DNA from: Botryllus schlosseri
Lineage: Eukaryota
Length of the DNA: 64,000 nucleotides
Direction: 5' to 3'
Assembly (NCBI GenBank): GCA_051294905.1
Contig: CM119372.1
Coordinates: 35,652,001 to 35,716,000 of the forward strand
The translations under genes and the position numbers were made by a program. The notes beneath the pieces were generated by a model. It was not told where the DNA came from and did not search any database. It saw only the letters and a program-made list of their open reading frames with translations. This document shows positions 1 through 12,354 of the stretch, piece after piece. Positions within the stretch are counted from its first letter, which is position 1; every line of letters starts with the position of its first letter.

Positions 1-328
1 TGTGGAACAGTATCCCGCCGGTCATCCGACAGTCGATGACCACGTCCACATTCAAGTCGAAATGCAACCAATTACTACTAAATAACCACGACCTGACCTA
101 TCGATCTCACCATCCATGACATGCCACGTCATTGCTTGTCGCTTGCTTTTTTCTATACTGTCTTCTTTTACTTTTCATTCGGTGTGCATGCCTCCTCTTT
201 ACATCGATTAGGCCAATGTGGGTGTCTGATTCCATAGACTAGCCTACACCTTCCTATATTTTCATTGTATCGCATTGTGGTGTATTGAACTGATAAAAAT
301 GGCTAATAAACCAATGATGATGATGATG
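1..328 (+). mobile_element. 3' end of a CR1/L2-group LINE (ORF2 C-terminus, 3'UTR, (ATG)n tail)
   Basis: Frame reads WNSIPPVIRQSMTTSTFKSKCNQLLLN, like the C-terminus of the 42481-42843 ORF (WNSISPDIRLSSSMSAFKSKYKQFLLN). The two 3'UTRs share ACACCTTCCTAT..TTTTCATTGTATCGCA. Ends in AATAAA followed by (ATG)n. Confidence 0.8.
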
Positions 329-1045
329 AAGCATGGGTTGTTGTTTCGTCTGCTACCTAGATATACCATGCTTAGCTTATGCCATTCGAAGATCTCAGCA
401 GCATCCGTGGGAAGGAGAAAGCTAATGACCGTATGTCTCTGTGTCGACACAGACACATAATTGTACTGTTTGGAAACAGCCATGTGACATGGGAATCATC
501 GTGGCACTGAAGAAGAGGTACACATATTCGTATCTCAGGGAGGTTCTGGATTTATAGGAGGTTGGCGAGAATTTGAAGACCCACAAGCTAAAAGATTACC
601 CAGAGGGACAGCAGGTGTTGCTCAAGGGAACCCTGCTCATTTGTTGGATGCTGCTTATAAGCCAGCATTAGTTTAATATTGGATGCGTCGGCGGTAAGAA
701 ACTAATTTACCGAGGCTCCACTCTGTAGGAGTGTGGCGTTGATGAAGAAACTATAACTTCATGTGTGACATGTCGGAGATTTTGCGCTATTTTTGGTCTA
801 TGGATATTTCGATTCACAGAGACGAGCTAGAAGGATTTATGCGTGTTGAAGATGAGGATAACGAAAAGTATTCACAGGCGATTGTTAAGTTGACGTTTAA
901 CATTTCCTGGCATCAAGTTACTTGTGCTTGCTGTTTAAAATGAATGAATTGTTGAAAAAGTTGAACCCAGACTTTGTGAAGAATTTTTGCGTACTTATCT
1001 GGGATGCGAACTTAAACGGGTGCGTACTTAACCGGGAGTTAACTG
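326..1045 (+). mobile_element. Decayed, internally deleted pogo/Tigger DNA transposon
   Basis: Fragments GLLFRLLPRYT (DETGLF-type motif) and NCTVWKQPCDMGIIVALKKRY (459-520, the QPxDxGII motif of DDE_1). Ends in a pogo-like terminus ...TTAACCGGGAGTTAACTG followed by TA (1046-1047). Contains stops and frameshifts. Confidence 0.75.
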
Positions 1046-1204
1046 TATCGCTGCGGAAAACCTATAAACTTCATCCGGCAGAGCTCAGACCGATATAGGG
1101 ATACGCACGGTCCTATGTCAAACCCCTGTGAACTGACCTATAGTCCCTATGCAATGTTATGGGACAGTGCTCTTCAACCTTTTTTGCATTGGTGGGTCTC
1201 TTAA

Positions 1205-3406
1205 CCCTAGACTGCTCAGGTTGGGGTCAAAAAGACCCCAGGCGAACAAAAATGTGAGCCATATTTTTTTGTGCGGTCGGATTGTTCTTTCCAGACATGT
1301 AATCCTCAATGGTGTTACACACTATCATTCGGAATAAAGCATTAGCTGATTATCGCTAATACCTCGCCGCAATGAGCTATTGATTGCGCATGGGTCTGAT
1401 TTTGCAAGTATAGTTGGCAGACTAAGTAATTATCTCCTCATTGTGATCGGATGGATTTCGACTTTTAGTTGCTGTTTGGCATTGGTTCTGTCACTTGCAG
1501 TCTACGAGATGATCAAGAAAATCCTGAAGAAGGTGAAGCTGGCAGTGATGGGTGGTTAGGAAAAGACGGTACCACGTTTCGGAGAAAGACTGCTCCGACT
1601 GCCAGTCGAAGTGCAGCGAATATGATAAAGTTTTCACCGGGTCTCACTGGGCCCGCACTAGAAGCTGATAACTGCATTGATTATTGGAAGCTCTTCTTTA
1701 CACCACAAGTGATAGATTTACTTGTTGAATTTACAAACAAGAAGACACCTGAAGAAGCCCAAAACTACAAAGAGAAGTGCAGGGTAGGGCCAAGTAATTC
1801 GGTGGAGATGGAAGCTGTCATTGGTCTTCTTCTTCTGACTGGGGTTCATAAAGCTCATGATTGTCACTTGATGAGTTTTGATATCTTCAAGGTAACAATG
1901 TCATGCGAAAGATTCCGATTCACTTTGCGATGTCTTCGGCTTGATGACATTACCACACGCGAAGATAGAAAAAATGACAAATTTGCGATAATTCGAACAA
2001 TATCGGATATGATATTGAACACCTTCAAGAGAAATTACGTGTTGTCTGAATTTGTGACAATTGACGAAATGCTTTGGGGGTTTCGAGGACGGTGTTCTTT
2101 CCGACAGTTATTCGAAACGAACCGGCAAAATATGGCATCAAACTACATGCCCTGTGTGATGCAAAGACTTGCTACACCTACAATTTTGAAATTTATTGCG
2201 GGACGTAACTGGACTGGCCATACAAAGTCGACAACTCGGCCAAAGAAGAAGTGACACGGCTGGTGTCTGATATATCAGGATTTGGCCGAAACATCACATT
2301 CGATAACTGGTACACCAGTATACCCTTGATGACATCATTGCTTCACTCTCATAAACTGACAGCAGTTGGCACCCTTTGAAAGAACAAGAGAGAGATACCT
2401 CCTGCGTTCATTTCTCTGCGGGGGAGGGAGGTGTACAGCAGCATTTTTGGATTTCAAAAATATATGACACTGCTGTCATATCTTCCAAAGGGCAAAGGCT
2501 CAAAGAAAATTCTTACCATGGTGAGCAGCCAGCATCACGATGATAAAATTGATGAAAGCTCTGGTGACGCTCGGAAATCAGATATAATAACATTTTATAA
2601 TCAAACAAAAGGTGGCGTCGACGTGGCAGACAGAATGGTGGCAAACTATTCCTGTTCTCGCAATAGTAAGCGCTGGCCTCTGACGATCTTCTTTGGATTG
2701 ATGAACTTGTCTGCATGCAACGGCTATATAATATCTTTGCTGGCTAAATGTAACCGCGCGAAGAAACAAACACACAAAGGATTTGCAATGGAAATTGCAC
2801 TGACCCTAACAAAGAAAAATGCAGTGTCCAGGCAAAGAAAAAAATACTCACGCGTCCGCACAAAATCGCGTCTAAAAGAATTTTTCCGGGAGAAGACAGT
2901 ACAATTCCACCAGCAAAGCTCTCCAAAGCTGCACGTGGCAGATGCTGTCTTTGCGGTAGAGCATAAGACCGGAAAACAACAGGGAAAAGTGGAAAATGTG
3001 GGGAATTTGTCTGCCAAGCATACTCTGTGAAAATAGTGACATGTCAAGAGTGCATGGAGCCGGATGATTCGGATTGAATCTACTTTGTTGCTGTCGTTGT
3101 TACTCTGTTGCATTGTTGTATTGTATTGTCTTGTCTTGCTTTATTTCTTTGTTATTATAATTAATTGATGGGGGGTGTTTGACCCCATATCGCCATTTGC
3201 GTATTGGCGTTACGCCTCAGCCGGAACTTTACAATGGGTAGACATTAGGGTTCAAAAAGGGAAGATGCATCGTTATAACGTCATGCAAGAGGTTATTAGA
3301 CAGCTGTATAGCAAAATTGGTAAGACAAAAAGCATATTAACTGATGGGGTCTAATCGACCCCACCAGAGCGATCGTGTAACGATAATCCACCTGAGCAGT
3401 CTAGGG
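1205..3406 (+). mobile_element. Full-length piggyBac DNA transposon
   Basis: TTAA TSD at 1201-1204 and 3407-3410. Perfect 17-bp TIRs CCCTAGACTGCTCAGGT (1205-1221 and 3390-3406). Subterminal GGGGTC-N5-GACCCC palindromes near both ends. Internal transposase. Confidence 0.97.
1469..3078 (+). pseudogene. Disrupted piggyBac (PGBD4-like) transposase
   Basis: Motifs TIDEMLWGFRGRCSFRQ, (N)EPAKYGIK after a frameshift at ~2110, FDNWYTS (2302), YNQTKGGVDVAD and RWPL. In-frame TGA at 2377. The Cys-rich C-terminal domain (RCCLC...CGEFVC...CQEC) is in another frame and contains a stop. Confidence 0.92.
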
Positions 3407-3412
3407 TTAAAG

Positions 3413-4861
3413 CAGGGGTCACAAACACGCGGTCCGAGGCTTGATTCATTATTTCAGAGAACACTAAGAAAAATCTTTTGAAATGCTGAAATTAATTACC
3501 GTTTCAACATACTTTTGTTGCTGTATCAACATAATCTATTCTCTCGTGCCCAACATCACCATACATTGCCAGCTAAAACGTCTTTGGCGATGGCAAAAGA
3601 ATCAGCTAATGTGAATGGACATACTGCCTTTACGTGCAATGGCCCAAACACTGCACACACAGAGATGCTTAGAAAACGGCTTAGCGCGTCTCCACATGAT
3701 CAGACTCGAGTCACCTTTCTCGTATGACTTGACTTGACTCGAGTCACTTTGTATCAGAAGTGTGGATTGACTCGTAACTTGGATCAAAATTCACGAGTCA
3801 ATTTCAAGTCATCAAGTAAACAGTGTCGATAAAAATAACTGTATCTTGCATATGTTGGGATTGTTAGCGAAACGCTGGTGTTACCCGGGAGAGCGACCAA
3901 TTATTCAATGATCATACGTTTTACCTATAGCGTCCATTGTTATCTGACAAAAAATTGACAACAAGCGAAGTGATCGGAGTTTACAGGTTACGTTGTCGTA
4001 AACTAGTAGTGAAGTAAAATAATCGCAAAATATCTACCAAACGTCTTACTTTATTTAAACTGAAATCGATCATAGTTTATATATTCGTCAACCATTGGTG
4101 CAGGTTCGAATTGTATCGCATGTATCCCTTTCCTGTGTTTTGACTGGTACTATAAACTGAAGCTATGCGATTACTTATGTAGTTTATCAGTTCTACGTAT
4201 ATGTGAACGAGACAACGCCTTCTTGCATGTTTATTGAACTGCATATTAGTTCATCGGTTCAAAATCAATTATCCATCAATTTGTATTTCAAACAGCTTGC
4301 AAAATGCAATAACGTAATCATGCCTCATACGTCGAAAAGGCAACTTGACTTGAATTGTGACTTGACTCGTGACTTGACTTGACTCGACTTGACTAGGGTC
4401 ACCTCCAAAAATCGAGTGACTTGACTTGACTCGAGTCCAAAGGTGCAATGACTCGAAATGACTTGTGACTCGAAGGTAGTGACTTGATCCCAACACTGAC
4501 GTGTCACGTGGAGATGGTCTTTCAGCTAGTAACGTCTATCACTAGCCCCAATATCGATTCCTTGGTCGTTGAAAAACATTGCCAGGTATCGTGCACAGCT
4601 TAGAGTACAAAATAAAATGAAATTGATGATCATAATTATTTGTTGTATTTGTATTCCTTTAATAAAATATTATTTCTTTTGTGGTAACTAACTATGTCAA
4701 TTGCCTGTGTTGGGTAGCACAGCGTTGTACTGACGTAAAGTTTTAAAATGTGGTTGTTAAACTGTGTGGCTTATTATATATCGATATTGAATTCATGCTG
4801 CCCACGGTCGCTACGAAAATTGAAAAGTGACCCGCGACCCGTTTTGAGTTAACGAGCCCTG
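3413..4861. mobile_element. hAT-type non-autonomous element carrying a nested GACTCGAGTC-rich element (~3700-4498)
   Basis: Termini CAGGGGTCACAAAC ... GTTAACGAGCCCTG. The 3' part matches 53780-53939. The nested piece ends GTGACTTGATCCCAACACTG, the reverse complement of the start of the element at 35332. Confidence 0.6.
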
Positions 4862-5194
4862 CTTTAAAGCTATTATGACGGATGAACCTGTGAAGTTCTC
4901 CGCCGTAGCCGCTGGCTAAAATGTTCTACTTGTGTGTTACTGGAAAACTGACAGAAGTTCTCACAGTACTTTTTATCAATGCGCCTGTATGCGTGGAATA
5001 CCTCCCGATCACCGATTATGTAAGATGAAGCTATTGGGTTTCAGCGACTATAACGGACAACACCCCAGGCGATAATGCAGAAGAAAGTATATATTTTTCC
5101 TCTTGTCCTGAAAAGGATCAACTGTCCCAGCTCAGAGCTATAGACATTTGTTGATGATGTGATTCAATATCCATTATGCACTTACCCTTTAAAC

Positions 5195-6958
5195 CAGTGT
5201 TTCCCAACCTGTGGTACGCGTACCACTAGTGGTACGCGAAGGTCTTCCAGGTGGTACGCGAGTAGATTCTGTGTTTTTCGACCGAAGGAAGTTATTAGTA
5301 CAGGTGAGGTTGATTTTGAATTTTTTCAAGTTTTTTGACTAGTGGTGAAAAAACAATTCTATGCATTTCATCAAACCAGGCTGATAATGATTAGTTTAAT
5401 AGAATTTGGTATTACCAGGGCGATTTTTTTTTGACAAAATTGAAGCATTAAGTCAAAAAATCGTGAAAATTGTTTACAAAGTCAAAATTTTTTTGACCCC
5501 TCCATTTTGTTTGTATCGCAGATTTTGATATTTTACGGCTTGTAGCCTACTTTATCGGCCTGCCGTTGTAGATGGCCCATTGTCTGCTGATCGTGGATCA
5601 TAAACTGTCGAACGATACAGATAGGTTGACAATTGACATGGTGTTATGGTCAACGTACCGCAATATCCTTACTAAAGCAAGGCTGCTAGGGCATTGCATG
5701 GTTCTTTTATCAAGAAGCGCATGATGAATAATTGTGATGGATGACAGCATTGTAAGAATGAAACAACATGGTGTGTCCCCGGCAGTGAACGCATAACTTC
5801 AGTATTGTCAGCCAACAACAACTGCTGTTGAACGGTTTTTCTCCATTCTTTTCTCCATTCTTGCTTAGTAAGGACAGACACTTTCTACCCCATAAATGTA
5901 GAAAAGTATCGTTCGTAATACTGCAACAAATTTTAATTAACTGTACCATAATACGCGGTGTAACTACTTGGCCAGATATCGTTAAAATAAAGTTTTTTCA
6001 TGTCAAAATTTGTCAGTTTTCAAGTCAAAAACGCTTTTTCAGGCCTAACTACTTCGTAAGGAGAGACAGTCCTATCCAGAAATGATTATCAGTAGTATAA
6101 TTTTAACATTATGAGCGAAAAGACCTAATTTGCGTACGTGAGGTCAAAAGTTGGTCAAAATTAAGTTTTTTATATTAACGTCCTCAGATTTTTAGGTAAA
6201 AAAATAGCCCTGGTTATTACACCCCACATTAGTAAAATACGTGATTATGGCGTCATAAATGGTGAAAACATTTTTGACCGCCTACGGCAGGGGTCACCAA
6301 CCTTTTTGCAACCAAGGGCTACTTTTGGGTACTGATTGAAGCGACGGGCTACCATTTACTCCCGTCGTTTACCCGTGCCAGACACAATTTCCGCTTTGAT
6401 ATGCATAGCACTGGGCAGGTATCGCATAGCGGAAAGACTTCTAATATATTCTTTTAAATCAAAACATCCATTCCCATCATCCAACCCCTCATCCTTTCAA
6501 GAAGACCGTGGATGGCATGCCGTCATATCGCCTGTATGAGCAGTACGCCGTTGGCCTATTATATGTCTTCGATATCTTGTTATTCTACTACATGTTGGTA
6601 TAATACTAATTGTAATTGGGTATATTTGATATCATCATTTTAAGTGGTTAATACATGTATTGTGATTTCTAAGTCACATATTACAGAGTGATTTAAACAA
6701 CTATAGCTAAATCACTCAATTTATATATTTAAAAGCTCACAGGTGATAATCTGACTAATATTGGCAAATGCTGCTATTCGATCTATTTTTAGAACAGGCT
6801 CGCGGGCCCCTCATCTGGTCCTCGCGGGCTACCTGGTGCCCGCGGGCACCAGGTTGGTGACCCCTGACCTACGGCGTGCGTAAATTATGTAGGTGGTACG
6901 CGAGCACTGCATAAGACCTCGAAGTGGTACGTGGGTGGGAAAAGGTTGGGAAACACTG
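5195..6958. mobile_element. hAT (Buster-like) MITE
   Basis: TIR CAGTGTTTCCCAACC, perfect 8-bp TSD CTTTAAAC. Inverted family member at 55697-56897. Confidence 0.9.
6288..6866. mobile_element. hAT MITE nested in the 5195-6958 element
   Basis: TIR CAGGGGTCACCAACC, TSD GCCTACGG/ACCTACGG. Absent from the sister copy at 55697-56897. Confidence 0.88.
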
Positions 6959-7076
6959 CTTTAAACGGATCGACTATTACTTCACATATATAGATCGAGA
7001 ATACCTTTTTCATGAATAGCAGATTATCCACGATGAAATAATTACTGCAAAGACCAGGGTTGCTGCATGCTTTGGC

Positions 7077-8357
7077 CAGAGGTGGTCAGTAACGAAGTAC
7101 TGCTACTTTTTCGAAGTACTCAAGTAGTTTTCCTCTACTTCTTGTACTTACTCAAGTAGATCTTTTTTCGCTACTTCTACTTCGTAATATTTTTTAAACT
7201 ACTTACTTACTTATCGCTATTTTCAGTTTGTCAAGAAGAAGTTTAATCCCCGAATAAGAAAGATAGCCTGAGTAATTTCGGGGCTGTTTTCACGGAGTAC
7301 CAACATTTAATTTCCATAAAAGTCACGTAATACCCAGAATTTACGTTGCGCGTCGCGCACAGTAGATATGGAGTGACAAATATGTTTTAACGAAAGTATC
7401 GCTGAATATAATGTAGATAACGGGTTGCGTGGTTCCGTTCACACCGCATTGTCGCCTATACCAAATATTTCATCACAGTAAGTATGGCTCCCCATACGGT
7501 GCGAAACTGTCGTTTCGCAATCTAGCAATAACCTATTATACCTATCATACCCAGCCCATGACGTGTCCTATTCTGGAAAAGTGGACTTTGACTTTTTTAA
7601 CGTTAGACCTGTTCTAGCAGACCACCGGTGAAACTTTCTGGAAAAAAGACATGAAATATATTTCCCGCTTTTTAAAAGCAGCATTTGTATTTTTCTTTCA
7701 ATTACGAGTATTATACGTTGAGTTTTAATGATAGTTTCTCTTCATTTGCCTGGAAAACATACATGTTGAAGTATAAAAGCAAGTGGAGTAATGCCTCATA
7801 CATTTTCCGGAAATAAAGCTATACACTTTATGGCATTTTTACGATCTGCGATATTTTTAATTACCGTATACTAATCGCGTAAAGTGTTGAAGCCGTATCC
7901 GACACAACTTCTCTGCATTGCTCTTCGACGTAACTAGGGCCTTGTAATATGGGGGAGGGCGCCATGCCATAACATTGTTTAAAACGGGGTGTTCAAGTAA
8001 ACAAAGAATTAGTATCGCATTTCCATATCAATACTATTATTTACATCCCATGATGTGGACGAATGCCTATTCTGTCAAAAATTGACACCTCCTGGGATGC
8101 ATCAATATCAATCAAGCTCGCTACACTTTCCGCATACCTCAATTTGCAGCTTTTGACAGTCCATGCGAACGAATTACGATCATTTTCACAACTACTTACT
8201 TACTTGAGTAGATTTAAAGTCAGTCAATTCTACTTCTACTTCAAGTAGTTTTAGGTTGCTTATGAAAGAAATACTTCTACTTGTACTTGAGTAGATTTTT
8301 TCGTGGCTACTTCTACTTCTACTTGAGTAAATTTCTTTACTACTTTGACCACCTCTG
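7077..8357. mobile_element. hAT-type MITE with CTACTT/AAGTAG subterminal repeats
   Basis: Termini CAGAGGTGGTCA...TGACCACCTCTG, degenerate TSD GCTTTGGC/GCATTGAC. About 1 kb is shared with 12355-13341. Confidence 0.8.
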
Positions 8358-8422
8358 GCATTGACTTGTTTTATCGATCCTTTCAGTCAATGGTAGTAGC
8401 CCACCTTCCAAGCCCAACATGA

Positions 8423-9340
8423 ATGGTAATCTTATTTTCAAACATTACAGCTTATCTCAACTCACAAAGGAAGGCCAAAGAAGAAACTATACTGCCATCA
8501 GATGCCCAAGCGTACGCATGCTGTTTGGAAATTGTAATCATTAATTTGGAGATCGCCGTTTATTTCGGGTTGCTGAATAAAGACGCTGTATTGGATGAAA
8601 TGCGGATAGCTTTATTGCCACTATCGGCGTCCTCAGATGTCTTAGTCGCGTTGGGAAAGGTCCTCGCTGATTCGCGCCACTCCTTCGCAGCAATTTTACT
8701 CTACCATGTCGCCGCGGACCAGTATTCGCGCGAAGAACACGCAGCAAATGTGGCGGTCGAGTGGATATTTTGGCGGATCAAGGACGCTACCACGTGTGCT
8801 TTCCGGTTGCGCCTATGCAAGTCCGTTCTCAACAATTACGTGTTGGATTACATCATTTCAATCTACAACGCAATGCGCGACATTCCCATGTCTGACGGAA
8901 AGACCATCGCGATATGCAATTCAAACGAGTTAATCGTCGATGTATGCGAGGCGGCGAGAAACTCTGAACGATGCCGCATATGCGCCAGCAGGCAGCTTCT
9001 ACATTGCTGTTCCCATTTCTCGGCTGACTTGAAGCCTTTATATCTATCAGCAAACGTAGATCTCGCCGTGGCGGCCCTCTACCATTTTCTTCCACACCAC
9101 GCAGAAGTGTTTATAGACGGCGTCCTGTCCGATGCCAAGGAAGCTGAAGGTTATGTCGACGAATCAAGCAGAAGGCAAGTGGTCGAATATGCGGTTGCAG
9201 TTCGGGACCAAATCGCTCTGTACAGAAATAGTAAAAAGGTGTTGAGCCTCCCTCGCATTCATAACTGGTTCGCATTTGGTTATTCACTGTGTGTGTTGGT
9301 TATCGTCTTTTGCATGTGGTATCCCGTCTTTGCCAGTTAA
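8423..9340 (+). CDS. Uncharacterised helical protein or terminal exon with a C-terminal transmembrane segment
   Basis: 305-codon uninterrupted ORF, GC-richer than its flanks. Possible splice acceptor TTACAG at 8450, so the exon may start at 8451. Hydrophobic C-terminus WFAFGYSLCVLVIVFCMWYPVFAS. AATAAA at 9519-9524. Confidence 0.7.
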   Translation: MVILFSNITAYLNSQRKAKEETILPSDAQAYACCLEIVIINLEIAVYFGLLNKDAVLDEMRIALLPLSASSDVLVALGKVLADSRHSFAAILLYHVAADQYSREEHAANVAVEWIFWRIKDATTCAFRLRLCKSVLNNYVLDYIISIYNAMRDIPMSDGKTIAICNSNELIVDVCEAARNSERCRICASRQLLHCCSHFSADLKPLYLSANVDLAVAALYHFLPHHAEVFIDGVLSDAKEAEGYVDESSRRQVVEYAVAVRDQIALYRNSKKVLSLPRIHNWFAFGYSLCVLVIVFCMWYPVFAS

Positions 9341-9599
9341 ATATAGATAATCGCGCACAATGCGAAGAACGGTTGGCACCAGATTAGCGTAAATAAATTA
9401 TAGAAATTATCTTCCTAATTTCAGATTGCAATCGAATTCATTTCAAGCAATGTCATTATCCAGCTTCGGAAGCCGCAATGACTGAAATGTATTCGAAAAT
9501 ATATGTACATTGAAAATGAATAAAAATACATGCGTATAAGTTATATTCTATACCCGGCTTAGATGAGAGAAAAAACGATTGAGAGAGAGAAATAGTTCT

Positions 9600-9780
9600 T
9601 CTTCTTTCGTGTACGAGGCCGTCACTGCATATCACGGTTTGGGTTAAGGTTTTATGTATGTAACCTGGCTTGGGGCCGGCACTGGACTTGTTATCCGGGG
9701 ATTATGCGTTCTGAAGACCGTCAGAGGGACTCGAACCTGCGACTTCTAATCAGTGAGATATCAGTGTAACCAATATGGTA
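9600..9780 (-). mobile_element. Degenerate tRNA-derived SINE fragment
   Basis: B-box-like GGTTCGAGTCCC on the minus strand at ~9726-9737. Confidence 0.4.
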
Positions 9781-10243
9781 CTTTGACTTCAATGTAAATC
9801 CGAAAAAAAAAGATTTTTAATCGTTTTTTCAAATCTAAACCCAATCTCGTAGGCCTACGCGTAACGAAGAAGAAACAAATGATTGGTTTTCATCAATGTT
9901 TTCGCGTCTCCCACACATTTACTGGCTTCAACTCATGCTCCATCACGTGAAAAAGCGCACTCATCGGAATATTACTAGGGAAAGTTTTCGTAACTTTTGC
10001 AACTTTTTTCTTACAGCTTCCCACAGCTTCCTAGATACTCGAAATCTATGTACTATGACGTTTTAAGCTGTTTGGAGGGATTTCTTATTGCAACTTTTCT
10101 CTATTTTTCTTGCCAATTTTTACTGCATTTTTTAAATCGAATATTGCGAAAAATGTAAAGGAGTGGTTTAAAAACATGCTATAGGCGTAAACTATATCTA
10201 GTACTGGTCTGTTCTCTTTGATTTGCATAACAAAGAGCTATAT

Positions 10244-11105
10244 CAGGGGTGGGCAAACTTTTTACCTCGCCGGCTGCATTCAACATTTCAATCAATTCAC
10301 GGGCCGCACTATATAAATTGAGATACTAAGCCAAAATTCAAAATTGTTATTTCATTATATAGTGAACGATAACATGGAAATAATATATATGTATTTGTAT
10401 AGGCTATATCAAATGAACCAAACATTGATGTGATGATAACGTACACGATTCAGAAATATTGAAGAGAATTTATATGCTGGTCGTCCTCATTGTCAAAATT
10501 ACGGATGAAAGTCGGCTACCCCGACTCAGGGATATCTAGAACTCTAGATCCCTGTGCCGATTCTTAGAACTAGTTGCAAATTTGAGTCTGAGAGCATCGA
10601 TCTATCTATCGATTTTATGATTGTACATTTGGTTTGACTTCAGGACACAAAATGCTGACAGCATCACAACCATGTTACCTTCAAATACTCTTCTACATCA
10701 GAATATATGAATAGTATAAATATAAACACTTCTATGCATACCAAGAACGAATCGGTTTATCAAAGTACAGCACAAAAAGTATTGAACTTGTTCGTATTGT
10801 CAATATATAATCACACTTGTGGTCCGAATTAAGTTATTTAGGTTTCATATTCTGTGATGTTTAGCAATTTAAAGCTTTCATAATACATGGGCCGCGAGGT
10901 CGGGTCATCGCGCCAAGAATAAAATCAAAAAGTACTATGGTATTATCATCATTATCATGTTGAAATATATTAGGAAAAGGTTTAATTAAGTACCTACAGT
11001 AATTTGATTTTTTTTCACGCATTTTATCAATATTTCTACAACTTTTATTGGGGCTTTCACAGGCCGCACGAAAAGGCGTTGCGGGCCGTAGTTTGCTCAC
11101 CCCTG
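10244..11105. mobile_element. hAT MITE
   Basis: Termini CAGGGGTGGGCAAAC...GTTTGCTCACCCCTG, TSD AGCTATAT/TGCCATAT. Homologous to 54280-55688. Confidence 0.82.
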
Positions 11106-12354
11106 TGCCATATGGTAGGTTAGCTGCATCTCACTGTTACCTGTGACACAATGGCCTGTCAGCAAGAAGACAAAGAAAAAGAATAATGTCAGATATTGTT
11201 CAAACCCTTCACTTCCTATGGAAAGTAATCGAATTATTGTGTGGTGTGAGCCGCAAGAACAGTGACTCTATAATTATCACGTTAAGCTAAGATCTCGAAC
11301 CATCCACATGCCGTGCTTCTAATGATTTTAATTTCGAAAGTTTGTTTGGCTGCGCGTTCCCACCAATACGGACATGCGAAGCAATGAGAAAAGCATGTGT
11401 ACTGATCACGCTGCTTGAAATACTAGTCATTTGCATGACTATGCAATTAACTTCTCAAGTAAGCTCAATTACTTGCAATATTCGAGTAGTTTTGGTTTTC
11501 ATATAGTAGGCTACCCCTCAGGACTTTGGAGCCGGAGCTGGAGCCGGTTCTATGAACAGCTGCTCCGGCTCCGATGTACTTCATAAGATGCTCCGCTTTA
11601 ACTGATGGCCGAATTCACATAATTTTACGATGATGGTTCAAAATAATTGAGAATTGTTGTCTCGTTGACATCACCTTTTCTAACTAACTAGTAACCCTGT
11701 TTATTTGTTGATACACATGCCCCAACCCTGGGTAGGCTGGATTTGCTGCGCTTACTCCATAAATACTGTATTATAGGTATAGCCTCGAATTTGTAATTAG
11801 CACAACACCGATGGCCAATTGTGCGGTTCGAAAAATAATGAAAACCATGCATGTCACAAAACGGGATTGATTCTTATGTGAGATCAGCAATATATCTAAT
11901 TACTATCGAAACGAATATACAAGCAATGCCATAGGATATAGCGATGACATTGCTGCACATGCACATGTTAATTTTGAGACGCGCATGTCGTAAGCCGAGA
12001 AACATTGTCTACTTTCTGAATTGGACGAGCAAATGCACGTTAGGGCTGTTCGAAAATATAAAAAAATTCCAGATTCCAGCCGTTCACTGATTAAATTGTC
12101 ATGTTACCCTAAAAGACTCTGCACACAAAATTTGATTCAATTCTAACAAGTATAAGACTCAGCAGATCCAATTACAAATTTGAATTTATTAGGGAAAATT
12201 GAATGAGGAAAAATTCCAGATTTTTCTTTTAACCCCATGAAGCTGTTGAGCTGTCTTCAAAGATGATGCAAAACAAATTTGGCTCAATTCCAACTGGTAG
12301 AAGCGGAGTTATTTGAGTTTTTCGTTGATAATTCTGGATTATCCTTGATTGGTG

